64,000 nt of DNA from Eledone cirrhosa (taxonomy: Eukaryota): NCBI GenBank assembly GCA_964016885.1, contig OZ024742.1:115444001-115508000 (forward strand), read 5' to 3'. The notes under the pieces were generated by a model. It was given only the letters and a program-made list of their open reading frames with translations, was not told the DNA's origin and did not search any database. Positions 40,047 through 53,579 of this stretch are shown here, piece by piece; positions within the stretch are counted from its first letter, which is position 1, and the number at the start of each line of letters is the position of its first letter. Made by a program: the position numbers and the translations under genes.

Positions 40047-43000
40047 ATGATCTCACTCAGAATAGGCAGCATAAATGCCCGTGGCTTGGGGTCGTCATGG
40101 AAGCATGGCCACCTGCTCAACGACCTCAGGTCACTAAACATAGATGTAGTGGCCATCAGCGAGACCAGAATCTCCGAAGCACGGGCCTTCTCACCGATCT
40201 TCGGCGGCTACGATGTGTACGCATCTCCCAGACGTCCGGGATCGGGAGAGCAGTTGCTGTGCTTTTTCGGAGAGGTTTGAATCTCGCCCGACGGGCCATC
40301 TTCCTGTACCCAGTAGGTAAGTTGGTGGTGCTGAACGTGACCGGCGGAGACGGGCAAGATTTCAGGCTAGTGGCCGTCTATGCCCCGACAGGAGCAGGGC
40401 GGTCTGATTTCTGCCGGCTTCTGGAGACCTTTCTTGGAACATCCCGCTCTTTAGTGTTAGTGTGCAACTGGAACGGGATCTTAGATGCACGCCGGTATGT
40501 GTGGGATTAGCGGATAGAGGGGGAGGGTGCAAGAGCCTCAACGACCTGTTCAGGCGTTTTGAACTGTCTGACAGTACCGATTGGATTCCCCAAATGTGCC
40601 AATGTGGACCTGGATAAACCGCATAGGGTCATCCAGATCATATCTAGATAGAGTATTTTGTAGGGAAATAGATAGGTCTAGCATACGCGGTCCACAATTC
40701 AAGATAGGCAGCTACACGGACCACAAATTTGTGATATGTGTGCTTGACTTAGATAGGCTTCATAGAAGAGGACTCGGCTACTAGAAGCTAAACGCGTCCT
40801 TTCCAGCGCGCAAAGCCTGCAGAGACAGGATTAGCCAACTAGTTAAGTGGGCGTTGACGGGGGCCATCGTCAACAACATGTGGTGATTTTGTGATGAAAA
40901 ATGCGATTAGAATAGAGTCCATTAGGTTTAGTATGGCTTTAGCAATCGAGAAAGATAGAGTAGAGGGAGAAATAGTTAGAAAATTAGACGAGGCGCTTAG
41001 CAAAGGCATAGCGACCAACGTACATGCGGCGAAATTGGCCCTTGACCAATTCACCAATGCAAAGCACGAAGGCTGCGTGTCAGATCTAGGTTATGTGCTC
41101 TCAGACACGAGGGGATGAAAGCCGTTGAATGGGCACGAGTGGCGGAGGCGCGTCGTGGCAACAAAACCACGATCCGGTCTTTGGTGGACCACGACGGGCG
41201 CATGCTACTCGATCCCGGGCAAATGTGTGAAGCTTTTCAGCGACACTTCGCTCAGCTGTTCGGGGGCAGCGGCTGGTCAGGTCGAGGGATGGACTTTAGT
41301 ATCTACCTCGACGGACTGACGCGGTTCTCGGCCACTGAGGCGGATTGTTGCGGAAAGCCGATATCAGCCGCTGAAATACGGGAGGCAAAGGCTTGCTGCA
41401 CAAGTTGTAAATCGCCTGGTTTGGATGGTCTGCCATATGAACTTTACGTACAGATGCCAGAATTGTTCGGAGGTCTCTTGGCGGACGTTACTGCAACTGG
41501 CAACAGAATGGGAGAATTTCCATCTCTGTCAGACGAAGAGCGGTGGCGCTGCTTAGAAAGGATCTGAACAAGTGGGATAACATAGATAATTTCATACGCA
41601 AAACTCTGCTAAACAGAGTTCAATATTTTGGCCAAGGTGCTAGCGAAGAGGTTGGCGATTGTCGTTGGTGGTGGGTGGGAGAGGCGCAGACATGCGACAT
41701 TCCAACAGATCCATACACGACAACCTTCACCTCGTGCGATATGTCATAGAGAGGTTAGCTAGGGAACCTGGCTCGGGTAGGACTTTGATCAATTTAGATC
41801 AGTCGAAAGCTTTCGATAGGGTCGACCATCGTTACCTAGCGGCAGTCCTGAGGGCGGTTGGTTTTGGGCCCGTCTTCAGAGGCTGGAGCGCTGCCATGCA
41901 CATCGACATCTGCTCTGTGGTGAGAGTGAACGGTGACCTTTCAAAACCGTTAAACATCATGCGCTCGGTCGGCCAAGGATGTCGCCTATCGTCCCTCTTG
42001 GTCGTATTGACTATTAAGCCATTACTGCACAGATTGGAGACGTTGAGGTGGGTCCCACGCGAACTAGGATGCGGAAGATCCGTGTCAGCATATGCGCACG
42101 ATGTAACCATAGTGGTGTCGAACGCGAAACACATCGATGCAATCGGCACTACACTAAGAGAATACGAAGCGGTGACAGGAGCAATGATCAACCAGGAAAC
42201 GTCGGTGGGCCTGCAGCTCGGCACCTGGAGAGGCAGGTCCATGCCGTCCAACAACGTCGTCGGGCGCTGGACAGACGGACCGGTTAAATTGCTCGGGGCT
42301 GGTTCGGTCCGGACCTCCAGACGGACAAAAACTGGGACGAGGTGACGAGCAGGATGGCTTCTCTCACCCAGATATGGGCGGAGAGGAGCTATCCCTGAAA
42401 GTTCGCGCGGAGGTGGCTAACGCATACATCGCGTCTGTCATCTACCACCGCCTGACCGTCGTACCTTGTCCTAAGCCCCATCTGACTGCGCTGGAGCGCT
42501 TGCTCTTTCGCTTTTTGTGGAAGGGACGCGCTTCTATGGGCAGGGGGTCCATCTGCTGTCAACACCCGCTACGTGGAGGGCTGAGCATGCCGTGCCTGAT
42601 GATGCTCAGACACGCGCTCAGGCTACGACATCTTCATCTCTTCCTCGACGGTGATCAGGTGTGGTCGCCGTTTGCTAGACGCGTCTTTCCCCAGCTCGTC
42701 TCCTTGACGGAGTTGCAGTCCTGGGTCAAGCGAGGCCCGAGAGGGAGCGCTAGGAGACTGGAATGAATTCAGGCGCTCACAGCCCTCGACCGATCGGGCA
42801 ATGTGATCGATTGTGACTCCACTTTGGCGTTCAATAGAGGATACGTGGAGGGGAAGATGGACGACGTGCTTGGGGAAACTCTAGGCGTCGACGAAAATCA
42901 ACTAGCCAATCTCTTCGGAAGAACTTTCGGGTCGGGGCCAATGGACAACTTCCAGAAATTCCTGGCCTGGCAGTGCTACCGAGGAGCTTTGCCAGTTCGG

Positions 43001-43455
43001 GATAAACTCTACAGGCATGGAGGTGCCGTCAGCCGGGCATGTCCGAGATTCGCACAGGACGAAGAAGCCGTCCTGCACGCACTCGTCCAGTCTCCGAGTA
43101 TTGCTGACTTGTGGGTTTATGTTGAACACCTGCTGTCGCGTGTTGGACGGATCCAGCTATCAGCTGAGTCCATCGTGAGGATTGCCCCGCCCTCTTGCTT
43201 TAGCGGGGAAGGGCAGGCAGTTTATATCTTTCTGGTGGCCATGGCGAAAGAGATAGTATGGTGGACACGTTTGAAAGGGCTGAAGACGAGCACTTACCTC
43301 TTCGGTGATGCCCTGATTAACTTTTTCAAGTTTCATTTGAAAAGGAAAATCAGGGAGAGAGGGAAGTGCTCTCTTCCCAGCATGTTGTTGAAAGATGGGT
43401 GTGAGAGGCAAGTATGGCCCGAGTGAATGGGCCTACTCTGAGTATGTGTCTGTAA
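40047..43455 (+). pseudogene. LINE ORF2 (APE-RT-zinc finger), frameshifted
   Basis: Consecutive ORFs 40047, 40013, 40581, 40891, 41115, 41659, 42374, 42803 carry the motifs in the expected order. Confidence 0.9.
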
Positions 43456-43732
43456 ATTAAATGTGAAAAACTGGGAGAGAGCACTTGCCCTGGTGGTCAG
43501 GGTCGCTGTGCCTTTTTAATGGGCTTTCTCCACGAAGGCTTTCTCCCTGCGAAGTCTCCCCCCCCCCTATTGGGGAATTGTTTCATTGTTCTATTATTAC
43601 ATCCTCTGTTTCTTGTTTTCTTACACGCAGTAATGACCTTTTGTACCGTCCTGTATTGTCCTGTACTGTCCTTAATGTCTACATTGTGTAAATCCTTGTC
43701 GTTAATAAAAAAAGCAGAAACAATTATTATTA

Positions 43733-43854
43733 TTGACTTTGCCTTTCATCCTTACGTGGTCGATAAAATAAAGTACCAGTAATACACTGGGTCTTTGCTG
43801 GCCTTGTGCCTAAAGTAGAATCAATTATTATTATTATTATTATTATTGTTGTTA
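43733..43854 (+). mobile_element. 5'-truncated SINE in the Tx1 tail
   Basis: Family match, (ATT)n on both sides. Confidence 0.88.
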
Positions 43855-45203
43855 TTCCTTGAATCTCAGTCATTGATGTTGGTTAACTGGAAAGTCCGTT
43901 GGAATGAATATCAAGCCACTACCTGCAGCCTCAGATATTCAAGACGTATCGGAGGGTTCTTGCTGTTCCAAGCAAGCATGCCTTTTGAAGCATTCCAAAA
44001 AGCGTGAAGGGGCCGATTTTCTTTAACCATCCCTAGAAACTTTTGGAGATAGTCCCCAGTGCGCCTATGACAATCGGGATCACTTTGACTTGATAGCAGT
44101 TCCAAATCCTTTTCACCTCCCACTTTAGGTCCTGGTATCGGTTAATTTTCTCCCTCTCCTTCTCTTGCACTCTCGTCTCGAAAGGGCAGGCCACATCCAC
44201 AATCAGACACGATCTTTTTTCTCTGTCCACAACCACAAGGTCAGGTCTATTGTGTTCCAGTTTTTTGTCCGTCTGTATCCTAAAATCCCACAGCACCTTC
44301 ACCTGATTGTTCTCCATCACCGCCTCTGGCCTATGCTCATACCATTTCTCAGAATGTGGTAAATTGTTTACTTTTCACAGGTGCCAGTGGATCACCCTGC
44401 CCATCACATCGTGTCTCCAGCCCTTATAGTGGGTCTGGGCTAGGAGTTTACACTCGGACACAATGTGAGCCACAGTCTCCTCTCTCTCTCCACAGATCCT
44501 GCACAGTGGGCTAGCCTCCTCCTTGTAAATATGGTGCTTCAACCACTTCGTTTTGAGGGCCTGCTCCTGCGCAGCCATTAGCATTCCTTCTGTAGCCTTT
44601 TTGAGGTCTCTTCTTCTCAACCAGTTCCATGTCTGTGGATCTCTAAATTCAGTTTTCTCAAAGAAGGTGCTATGAAGGGATTTTCCTTTAAGGCTGCTCT
44701 TCCTCCTTGATGTTATTTCCTCCTTGGTCATCCCCTGGCCTACTGTCCCCTCCTTCAGTACAGTTCTGAGCATTGGCTCCTTACTATAGGTCACGTATTT
44801 GTATAGGTTGTTTTTCTCCATCTGAACACAGTCCTCTATGCTGATAAGACCTCTTCCACCCTCAGACCTCCTTAGGTAGAGTCTATCGACATCACTCCTC
44901 TTGTGGAACATGTTATAGATATTCAATAGCTTCCTAGTCTTCCTATCCATTTCTTTTTGTTCAGCAACATTCCATCTCAGAATTCCCGCACTGTACCTAA
45001 TAATAGACACAGCTCGGGAATTTACTGCGCTTATGGCATTTCTGCTGTTCAGATGTGACTTCAATACGCTCCTTATTCTCCGAATGTATTCAGTTCTTAA
45101 CAATTCCTTCATTGTTTTGTTCTTTATGCCATCAGCCTCCAGAACGCCCAAATACTTGTATCCTTCCTCAGAGTCAATTTCCTTTATCATCTCACCTGTT
45201 GGT
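43855..45203 (-). mobile_element. R4/Dong element, 5'-truncated (family 1)
   Basis: YKYLG, GGRGL, CRICG..HIVSEC, RHD, RPD motifs; inserted in the (TAA)n tail of the adjacent element. Confidence 0.93.
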
Positions 45204-45367
45204 ATTATTATTATTATTATTTGCATTTATCTTGCTTTATGTTTATACGAGTTATCACCAAGTCACAACCAGTGACCTCAAGAGACAACAAGGTCCGCCA
45301 TGTTCAAGAAAGAACACACATATTCACACATGCATCCTTAGTGTTTAGACTTGTGATGTACTTATAT

Positions 45368-48300
45368 TTACAGGATCTTCCTTAGTATATGGGCAGTTCC
45401 CATTAGTACTATCTTTTGTATTTCTCCTATACGCGGGTTTCCTGGGATTTGCGATAAGTAGTCGTTAGACCCCTTAGGTATCATTCCCAGAGCGCCTACA
45501 ACCACTGGTATTGTTTTAGTTCTCAATTTCCACATTTTTCCAATTTCTATCTCCAGGTCCTTATACTTGCTCAATTTTTCAAATGTTTTTATAGATACAT
45601 TCTTGTCTATTGGAACAGACATATCAATTAGCAGGCATACCCTCCTTTGAAAGTCCTTCAATATTATATCAGGTCTATTTGCATCTATTTTTCGGTCTGT
45701 TTGGATGCTAAAGTTCCACAAGATTGAGATGTGATCTTTTTCAAGTATGGGAGGTGGTTGATGCTCCCACCAATTCTTTTGATGGGGCAGGTCAAAATGC
45801 TTGCACATTATCCAATGTATGTATTGTGCAGCTCTGTCATGCCTGTTTAGGTATTCGGTTGGAGCTATAGGACTGCACATTGAAATTATATGGTCAATGG
45901 TCTCTGGTTGTTTTTTGCATACACGGCATAATGGGCTGCACCCATTTTTTATTATGTTGGCTTGGTAATTTTTTGTTGGCAGACACTGATCTTGTGCGGA
46001 TATAATCAGTCCTTCAGTCTCCGATTTCAGTCCAGAGGATGCCAACCACTGATGGGTTAAAGTTTTGTCAACATCAGGATTGTTAGCTCGCTCTGGGTAT
46101 TTTCCATACAGAGGCTTTTCTTGCCATTTCTTAGCCAGTTTCTGTAGCAGTTCTTTCTTTGCAGTTACTTTTACCTGCTTTGCTTTTTCTGTGTTTTCCA
46201 TTTCAGCAGTAAATGGGACTTCTGAAATTTGTAGTCCATTACTGTATCTTTGTGCATCTTTTGTAATGGAATATGATCTTTTGGTGCTTTCGTGTTTCAA
46301 AACGAGTTTGATCATCCAATCATGTGATTCCCTTAGATATGTGGATAATCCAATTGTTGCAGTTTTCAACGCAATGTCTAACTGGATTAACCCACGTCCT
46401 CCTTCTTTCCTAGGGAGATATATTCTATCTATGTCTGCCTTAGGGTGATGCATTCTGTGCATGGTTAAGAATTTTCGGATTTTTGTATCGAGCCTACGGA
46501 TCTCTGTGCTTGACCAGTTGATGACATTGTAACTGTAGGTTACTACTGGTATGGCAAGCGTGTTTATGGCATCGATCCTATTCCTTGCATTCAATTCCGT
46601 TCTTAAGATTGCTCTGACTCTGCGGTAACATTCCTTCCTTATCCTTTCCCTCATTGTCGAGTGCTTGATTCCGTCTCCTTCACAAACACCTAGATATTTG
46701 TAAGTTTGTTCTTGATCAAGCTCTCTTATCACGTTCCCCCGATCAAGATTAATGTCTGAACTCTTCAGCAGCTTTCCTCTGGTGAACGTTGCTTTGGCGC
46801 ATTTATCCAGTCCAAACTCCATTTTAATGTCATCACTGAACTGCTTCACAGTGGATAATAGCCCTTGCAATTGTTCATCATTTTTTGCAAATAGTTTCAG
46901 GTCATCTATGTAGAACAGGTGATTAATGGTTTTGTCATAGACTCTATATCCATGTTTTGTTTCATTGAGCATTTTACTTAATGGTATAAGTGCGATGCAG
47001 AATAAAAGCGGTGATAAAGAGTCACCCTGAAAAATTCCACAATTAATGTTAACTTCTCCAGCTTCCAGTGATTTTGTTTCACTATTCAAAAGGAGTGTCG
47101 TTCTCCATGTCCTCATACTGAATGACAAAAACCTCCTGATAACGGGGGATATTTTGAAAATCTCTAAACATTTTTCAATCCAACTGTGTGGCAAACTATC
47201 AAATGCTTTTTTATAATCTATCCAAGCGATCGATAGATTTTTGTGTCTATTATGACAATCTTCCAGTATCATTTTGTTAACCAGAAGCTGATCCTTACAG
47301 CCATATGAGCCTCGTTTACACCCTTTCTGCTCAATGGGAAATAGGTCATTTGTTATCAGGTGGTAATATGTGTATTCAGTTAGGACTGATGTTAAAATTT
47401 TATACATTGTGGTCAAGCAGGTTATCGGTCTGTAATTTTTGGGATTGTTTGTCTCATCATTCTTCGGTAGCAGGAATGTAATGCCGTTAACTAGCCATGA
47501 TGGTATCTTTTCTGGCTCCTTAACTATTTCATTGTAAAGTTGGGCTAACAGCTCATGAGACTCTGTGAAGGCATTTATCCAAAAGTTTTGTATTTTGTCT
47601 TTTCCTGGGGATTTCCATTTGCTGGTTTTTCTTAGAGCCAAGCGCAGCTGTTCAACTATTATATTTTCCCATGTTTGTTCTTCAAGGTGAGCTGTTTCTT
47701 TCATTTGTCTGTCTATCCATGGGGCATGTATGTTATGAATTTTTTCTTCGGCCCAGATCTTTTCCCAGAATTCTTGCACTTCCTCCTTGGGTGGTATTTA
47801 TTTAGCAGTTATTGTTGACTTACCAATTTTTCTGTAGAAGTTTCTTTGGTTGTTTTTGAACATATTATTGTCCTTATAGAATCTAGATCGTTTTTCAAAG
47901 CGCCTTATACGAGCAGCTTTGGCCGACACTTTTTGCTTGATTGTTTCTATCAGCATGTCTATGTCACATGTTGATCTTATACTGTACTTTTTTTTCAATT
48001 TTCTAAGTTTAGTTTGTTTAACATGTTCACCTACTTTATAGTTTGTTAAAATTTCTATGTCAGATCGGAGAAGGTTTATTTGGCGATTGATGTTATCTTG
48101 CCAAGTAGATTTCTTGTGGGAATTCCTTTGTTTTTTCATCTTCACTCCACATAAGTGAGTGGTGACTTTAGCCGATGCATAATAGAGATGATTTAAGTCA
48201 GTAATGCTTAGTTTGTTTGTGATGATAATGTTTTTGAGAATTATGTTAGTCTTGTGTATTATCTTTTGGTTCTGTTTGGAGTTCTGGATCTTAGGGAGGG

Positions 48301-49012
48301 TGTCTCGTTCCCCCATGTCAGATTCTTTCATTTTCATCCATTCGATCATAATTTCATCCTTCAAGTTGGCAAGTTCATTTTCATTCATTTCTTTATCATT
48401 TACGATCTCATTATTTTCATTTGGAGTTTCATCCTGAGCATGCACTCCCTCCACTTTTTTGCTCCTTTCTTTAATTTGTTCTGTTGCCAGTGATTCCGCC
48501 CCAACTCTGGGATTCGAAGTGTTACAGTTTACCTCGTTTTCACTGACACATGCTTCATTTTCCCTTCGCTGACTTTGTGCTACTAGCTTGATCTGATCAA
48601 TTTCTATATCAGTTAGTAACTTTTTTCTTACAATATTTCTTCGTATATTGGCTAGTTTGTTACTGTCAATATAGCCTCTGTTTTCGGGATGTTTCTTTTT
48701 CCAGTTGATATATGTTTGCTCTGTATTCGATGTATTTGATGGGTAGTACATGGCAGTGTAGAAAGCCTCAAGGACTTCTTTATTATCTTCCCTTGAACAT
48801 TTTTCTCTCTTTTTCTTTGGATTTCTTGGTGGTGAGCATGGAGGGCCAACAGTAGGAGTATTCCGGTTATGGGAGGTCTCCAGCTCCGAAGTGATGGGAA
48901 GGTTTGAACCATTAACTGATTTTTCGACCCCAGTCTGGTTCCTCTCTGAGGGACGCGGCCCTTTTTTACCCGGGTGACGGCCGATCCGGTATGAGATTTC
49001 ATCATTAGACAT
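45368..49012 (-). pseudogene. Single RT plus restriction-like endonuclease ORF (1214 codons) with one internal TAA at 47798-47800
   Basis: ORFs 47798..49012 and 45368..47779 are in the same frame; KSPGKD, YRPITC, IDYKKAFD, GIFQGDSLSP, YIDD, CRVC..HIISMC, RHD, RPD..EK. Confidence 0.93.
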
Positions 49013-49077
49013 CTACTTTATTTTGTCGCGTTTTATCCTTATCCGCCAAGGGGTAATCTTTTCGTGTTACCACTTCT

Positions 49078-49166
49078 AGAACGAGTGTCGACCAAGACTA
49101 GAGGGGTCGTTCTCCCCTAGAGACATGGCTATTCCCCGCCGGCCGCCATCCCGGTATTTCTTGGTC
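49078..49166 (-). ncRNA. Candidate HDV-like ribozyme at Dong 5' end
   Basis: P1 GACCAA/UUGGUC, P2 AGAAC/GUUCU, P3 GAC/GUC, L3 CCCUCUA in the nested pseudoknot order; no P4; J4/2 region atypical (GACACUC). Confidence 0.45.
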
Positions 49167-49529
49167 ACGGGGTTTTCTTTTTGTTGTTTTTTTTAAATTG
49201 TTATTATCATGAGTGGTTCCTTAATGTGAGCATTGCGTGGCTTAAGAATGAAATTATTCATAATTGTCTCCACTCCAGGCCAGCAATCACCCAGTGCATT
49301 ACAATAATATAATATACTTTTTGTTGTAGTTGGCTGTTATTGCTGCTGGTTATGTCGGTGGTGGTGCCGGGGCTTTTTATATTGTTGGTGAGGAAGGGGT
49401 GAGCCAGCAGTCCCATAATTGTTGCTGTAGACGTTTGTCCGTGGCAAGGTCACCAAGTCAATCTATTTATATCTTTTGCTAGCCTCTCTCTTGTCTAGTG
49501 CTACCACCACCTTCCCTTTTCTCTCTCAA

Positions 49530-49530
<1 letters not shown>

Positions 49531-49580
<50 letters not shown>

Positions 49581-49601
49581 TTATTTATTATTATTATTAT
49601 T
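49531..49601. repeat. (ATT)n microsatellite
   Basis: Seen directly; forms the tail of the adjacent Dong element. Confidence 0.95.
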
Positions 49602-52600
49602 CTTTGAGTCTCAGTCATTGATGTTAACTGGAAAGTTTGTTGAAATGAATATCAAGCCACTAACTTCAGCTTCAGGTGTTCAGGACGTATCGGATAGGTA
49701 TTGCTGTTCCCAGCAAGCCTGCCTTTTTAAGTGTTTCAAAAAGCGGGGCGTGACCAATTTTCTTTAACCATCCTTGGAGAATCTTTCGGATAGTACCTAA
49801 TGCGCCTATGACAATCGGGACCACTTTGACTTCATGGCAGTTCCAAATCCTGTTTACCTCCCAAATTATGTCCTGCTATCGGTTAATTTTCTCCCTCTCC
49901 TTCTATTGCACTCTCGTGTCGAATGGGCAGGCTACATCCACAATCAGGCACGATGTTTTCCTTGTCCAAAACCACCCGGTCAGGTCTATTGTATTACAGT
50001 TTCTTGTCCTTCTATATCCTAAAATCTCACAGCACCTTCACCTATACTTATACCACTTCTCAGATTGGGGTAAATTGTTTACTTTGCATATGTCCCAGTG
50101 GATCACCCTGCCCATGACATCATGTCTCCAGCCTTTATAATGAATCAGGCCTAGGTGTTTACACTCGGATGCAACGTGAGCCACAGTCTCATCACTTTCT
50201 CCACAGATCTTACACAGTGGGCTACTCCTTGTAAATATGTTGCTTCACCCAATTCGTTTTGAGGGCCTGCTCTTGCGCAGCCATTATCATTCCTTCTGTA
50301 GCATGTGTAAGGTGTTTTCGTTTCAAAGAGTTCCATGTATGTGGATCTCTAAATTCCGTTTTCTCAAAGAAGGTACTATGAAGTGATTTCATGAAGGTTG
50401 CTCTTCCTCCTTGTTGTTATTTCCTCCTTGGAAAATCTCCTGGTCTTTTGTTCCCTCCTTCAGTACAATTCTAAGCATTGGCTCCTTACTACCGGTCACG
50501 TATTTGTGTAGGTTTTTTTTCCTCCATCTGAATACAGTCCTCTATGATGGAAAGACCTCATCCACCTTCAGATCTCCTTAAGTAGAGTCTATCGACATCA
50601 CTCCTCTTGTGGAACATGTTGTAGATAGTCAATAGCTTCCTAGACTTCCTATCCATTATTTTTGTTCAGCAACATTCCATCTCAGAATTCCCGCACTGTA
50701 CCTAATAATAGACACAGCTCGGGAATTTACTGCACTTATGGCATTCCTACTGTTCAGATGTGACTTTAATACGCTCCTTACTCACCGAATGTTTTCAAAT
50801 CTTATCAATTCCTTCATTTTGTTGTTCTTGATGTCATCAGCCTCCAGAATACTCAAATACTTGTAACTTCTTCAGTGTCAATTTCCTTTATCATCTAACC
50901 TCTTGCTACCTGGATTCCGTTACTTCTGCTCAATTTACCCCTCTTCATCACAGTGACTCCACACTTACTAATACAAATTGAATACATATATCGTTGCTGA
51001 AAATACGGACTGTGTCAACAAGTACATCCAATTCGTTCTCACTCTTTCCAAATAGCTTAATATCGTCCATGAAGAGGAGATGATTGATGGTAAGCTCTCC
51101 CTTTCCTAACTTGTATCCTGCTCTCACTTTTCGCAGTATAATGGTCAGAGGCATCAGGGCAAGGACAAACAACAGAGGGACAGACTATCTCCCTGGAAGA
51201 TACCTCTCTCGTTCTTCACGCCTCCCAAGGATTCTCCAGCTGATGTTACCCCTGTTTTCCAGGACTTCATATTTTTGCTCAACAACTGTCTGATGTTATC
51301 TGCCACCTTGAAGATCTCTAGGCTTTTGGCGATCCAAGAATGAGGCATCATGTCAAATGCCTTTGTGTAATCTATCCATCCCATGGCAAGACCAGTGTGT
51401 CTTCTCTTGCAATTCCTCATTACCATATTATCAATAAGTAACTGGTCCTTTGTATCACGGGACTTCTTTCGGCATATTTTCTGTTCGTCCAGTAACAAGT
51501 TGTTTGTGTGGAGGTGATGGTAGATTTCCTCAGACACAATGCTTGTCAACAGTTTCCACATTACGGACAGACAGTGATAGGTCTATAGTTGGTAACATCA
51601 TTACCTTTGATTCGGTCTTTCATTACCAGAACTGTGGTACCTTTTGTCAACCACTCTGGTACCTCACCTGACATCAAGCAGTCATTGAACATGGTTGTCA
51701 GTTTCGGGTGGAGGGATGTTATGTTTTTTAATCCAATACCCCTGCACACCATCTGGGACAGGTGATTTCCAGTTGGTTAGTTTTTTGGCCTGCCCCTTAA
51801 GAGTTTCAACTGTGATACTCAAATCAGTGTGTTGGTGTGCCTGTTCACAAATCTCCTTTTGTACTGTCCCAATCCACACTGCCTGGTCATTATGTTTAAC
51901 ATCCTGCTCCCATATTCCTCTCCAGAATGTCTTAGTTTGTTCCGCCTCAGGAATCAAGTCGTTGCCTCTTTCTTTCCCTTCAAGCTGTCCAAACAAAACC
52001 GCCGGGTTGTTGTCAAACATGCGGTTCTGTCTATACTGACTGACTCTGATCTCGTATCGCCTAATTTTTGCAATCTTTGCTACAATGCGTTGCTTCAGTT
52101 CCTCTTTGATAATATTTAGCCTTTTCCTGCTAGTTTTGTACTTTATTTCTAGTTTATATTTAGTGTCTATATTTGATAGTGTCCCATTCAGTATGGACTC
52201 AAGCTTTCCAATGTCATTTCTCATTTCCCTGATTTCACCATTGAGTCGTTTTTTCCACCAAGGTTCAGATCTTTCTTGTTTGTTGTTTTGTCTCGCTTTT
52301 ATGCCAAGCAATTTCCTCACCACATTTGCTATTGCTTTGAGGATATTGTTGCACAGGTGAAGGTTCCTCGCCTCAAGTTATGGGATGACTTTGTTTACCT
52401 TAGCTGTTGTTTCTTTTAACTGTTTCCTGTCTACAAATCTTAGGTTCATAGGTTTCCCACTATCATTGTTTATTTCATCTACCACTAAGTTTAGGATATC
52501 AACCAACTCTTTTCCTAGCCCGTCAGCATTCATCTCCGCTATGGCCGTATCTCTGTTCCAGGTATCATTTATTTCAGCATTGAGATCATTGTCTGTTTGG

Positions 52601-53554
52601 GTTGGTTACTCCGTTCCCTCAACTACTGGCTCGTTTGCACGGCATACTCAAGTCTCTATTTCCAACCTAATCGCTGTGCTCAGTTCCTTCAGTTCCAGCT
52701 CGCTTATCCACCCGTTAGTTCTCTTAACCCAAGCCTGCCCGGCCAATTTTTGTCCATCTAATTTATATAAACCAATCTCGTTCCAGATGTTATGCATCCG
52801 TTTCCTATAGCCGTTTACCTTGGGGTTACTCTTCAGGTAACATTGCATAACAGTTCTATTCAATTATTTCGTCCAGTTGGTTCTGGTCCCTTTGCTTCTT
52901 CTTCTTCCTCCGACACCAGCAGTATTTGATTGACAACCAGGTCCCTGCTGCTGAGCCAGGGAGCACCTGTTGGGTGAGAGTCTGTCACATTACATTCCAG
53001 TTTCCGCTTCACCGTTATTCGAACAGTTTAGTTTCGACATTTAAACATTCTTATCGAGGATTGGTGAATGTATGTTTACATAACCATAACCATAACTCTC
53101 TGTCTGTTTGTTTTTCTTTTCTTTTTTTTCTCTTCTTTACGTTTTCGTTGCTGCTGTGCTGTTTTGATTTTGATTTTTGTTTTTTTGATTTTTTGACCGG
53201 GTCATCAAATCAGGCTATTATATATTTTAATGCCTTCCTCATTTAGGGGGAATACGATGCCTGTCTTAGCAGGATGTAGTGGGAGAGAATAGCGGTGGTA
53301 GAGATAATGAGGCAGTTGTGGTGGTGGTGCTGTGCTAGTAGTACTTAGCAGGAAGTAGTGGGAGAGAATAGCGGCGGTAGCGATAATGAGGCAGTGGTGG
53401 TGGTGATGTGATCGTAGTACTGTAGTGATGGTGTTGAAGTTGATGTAGAAATAGAAGTTGAGGTAACTTGACAATAGTTTTTGGTGGTGGCGGTGGTGGT
53501 GTTGGTGGTGAACTTATTTGCCTCTCTGTCCACTTAGCCATTTTTCTCTTTTTC
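49600..53554 (-). mobile_element. Full-length but decayed R4/Dong element (family 1)
   Basis: N-terminal NRTVMQCY..GYRKRMHNIW, PWWKKRL, NYRPIT, WIDYTKAFD, FMDD; many frameshifts. 5' boundary uncertain; about 80-bp tandem duplication at 53266-53420. Confidence 0.88.
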
Positions 53555-53579
53555 GTTATTATTATTATTATTTGGCAGT

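Larger units (their letters stand above)
37788..43716 (+). mobile_element. Full-length degenerate Tx1/L1-clade LINE
   Basis: ORF1 remnants with decayed CCHC knuckle (RCVVWGEETHLRAFC); ORF2 from 40047 with AP endonuclease (GSINARG, SET, VYAP, SYLDR, TDHK), RT (SPGLDG, LDQSKAFDRVDH, QGC.LS, AYAHD) and C-terminal zinc finger; multiple stops and frameshifts. Confidence 0.92.
45220..49175 (-). mobile_element. Full-length R4/Dong element (family 2), near intact
   Basis: 3'UTR abuts (TAA)n; ORF 49012 to 45368; 5'UTR about 160 nt. Confidence 0.95.

Noticed and set aside
46065-46448. Antisense ORFs over LINE/PLE coding regions (also 9606, 36885, 41832, 52385)
   Set aside because: Shadow frames of retroelement ORFs.
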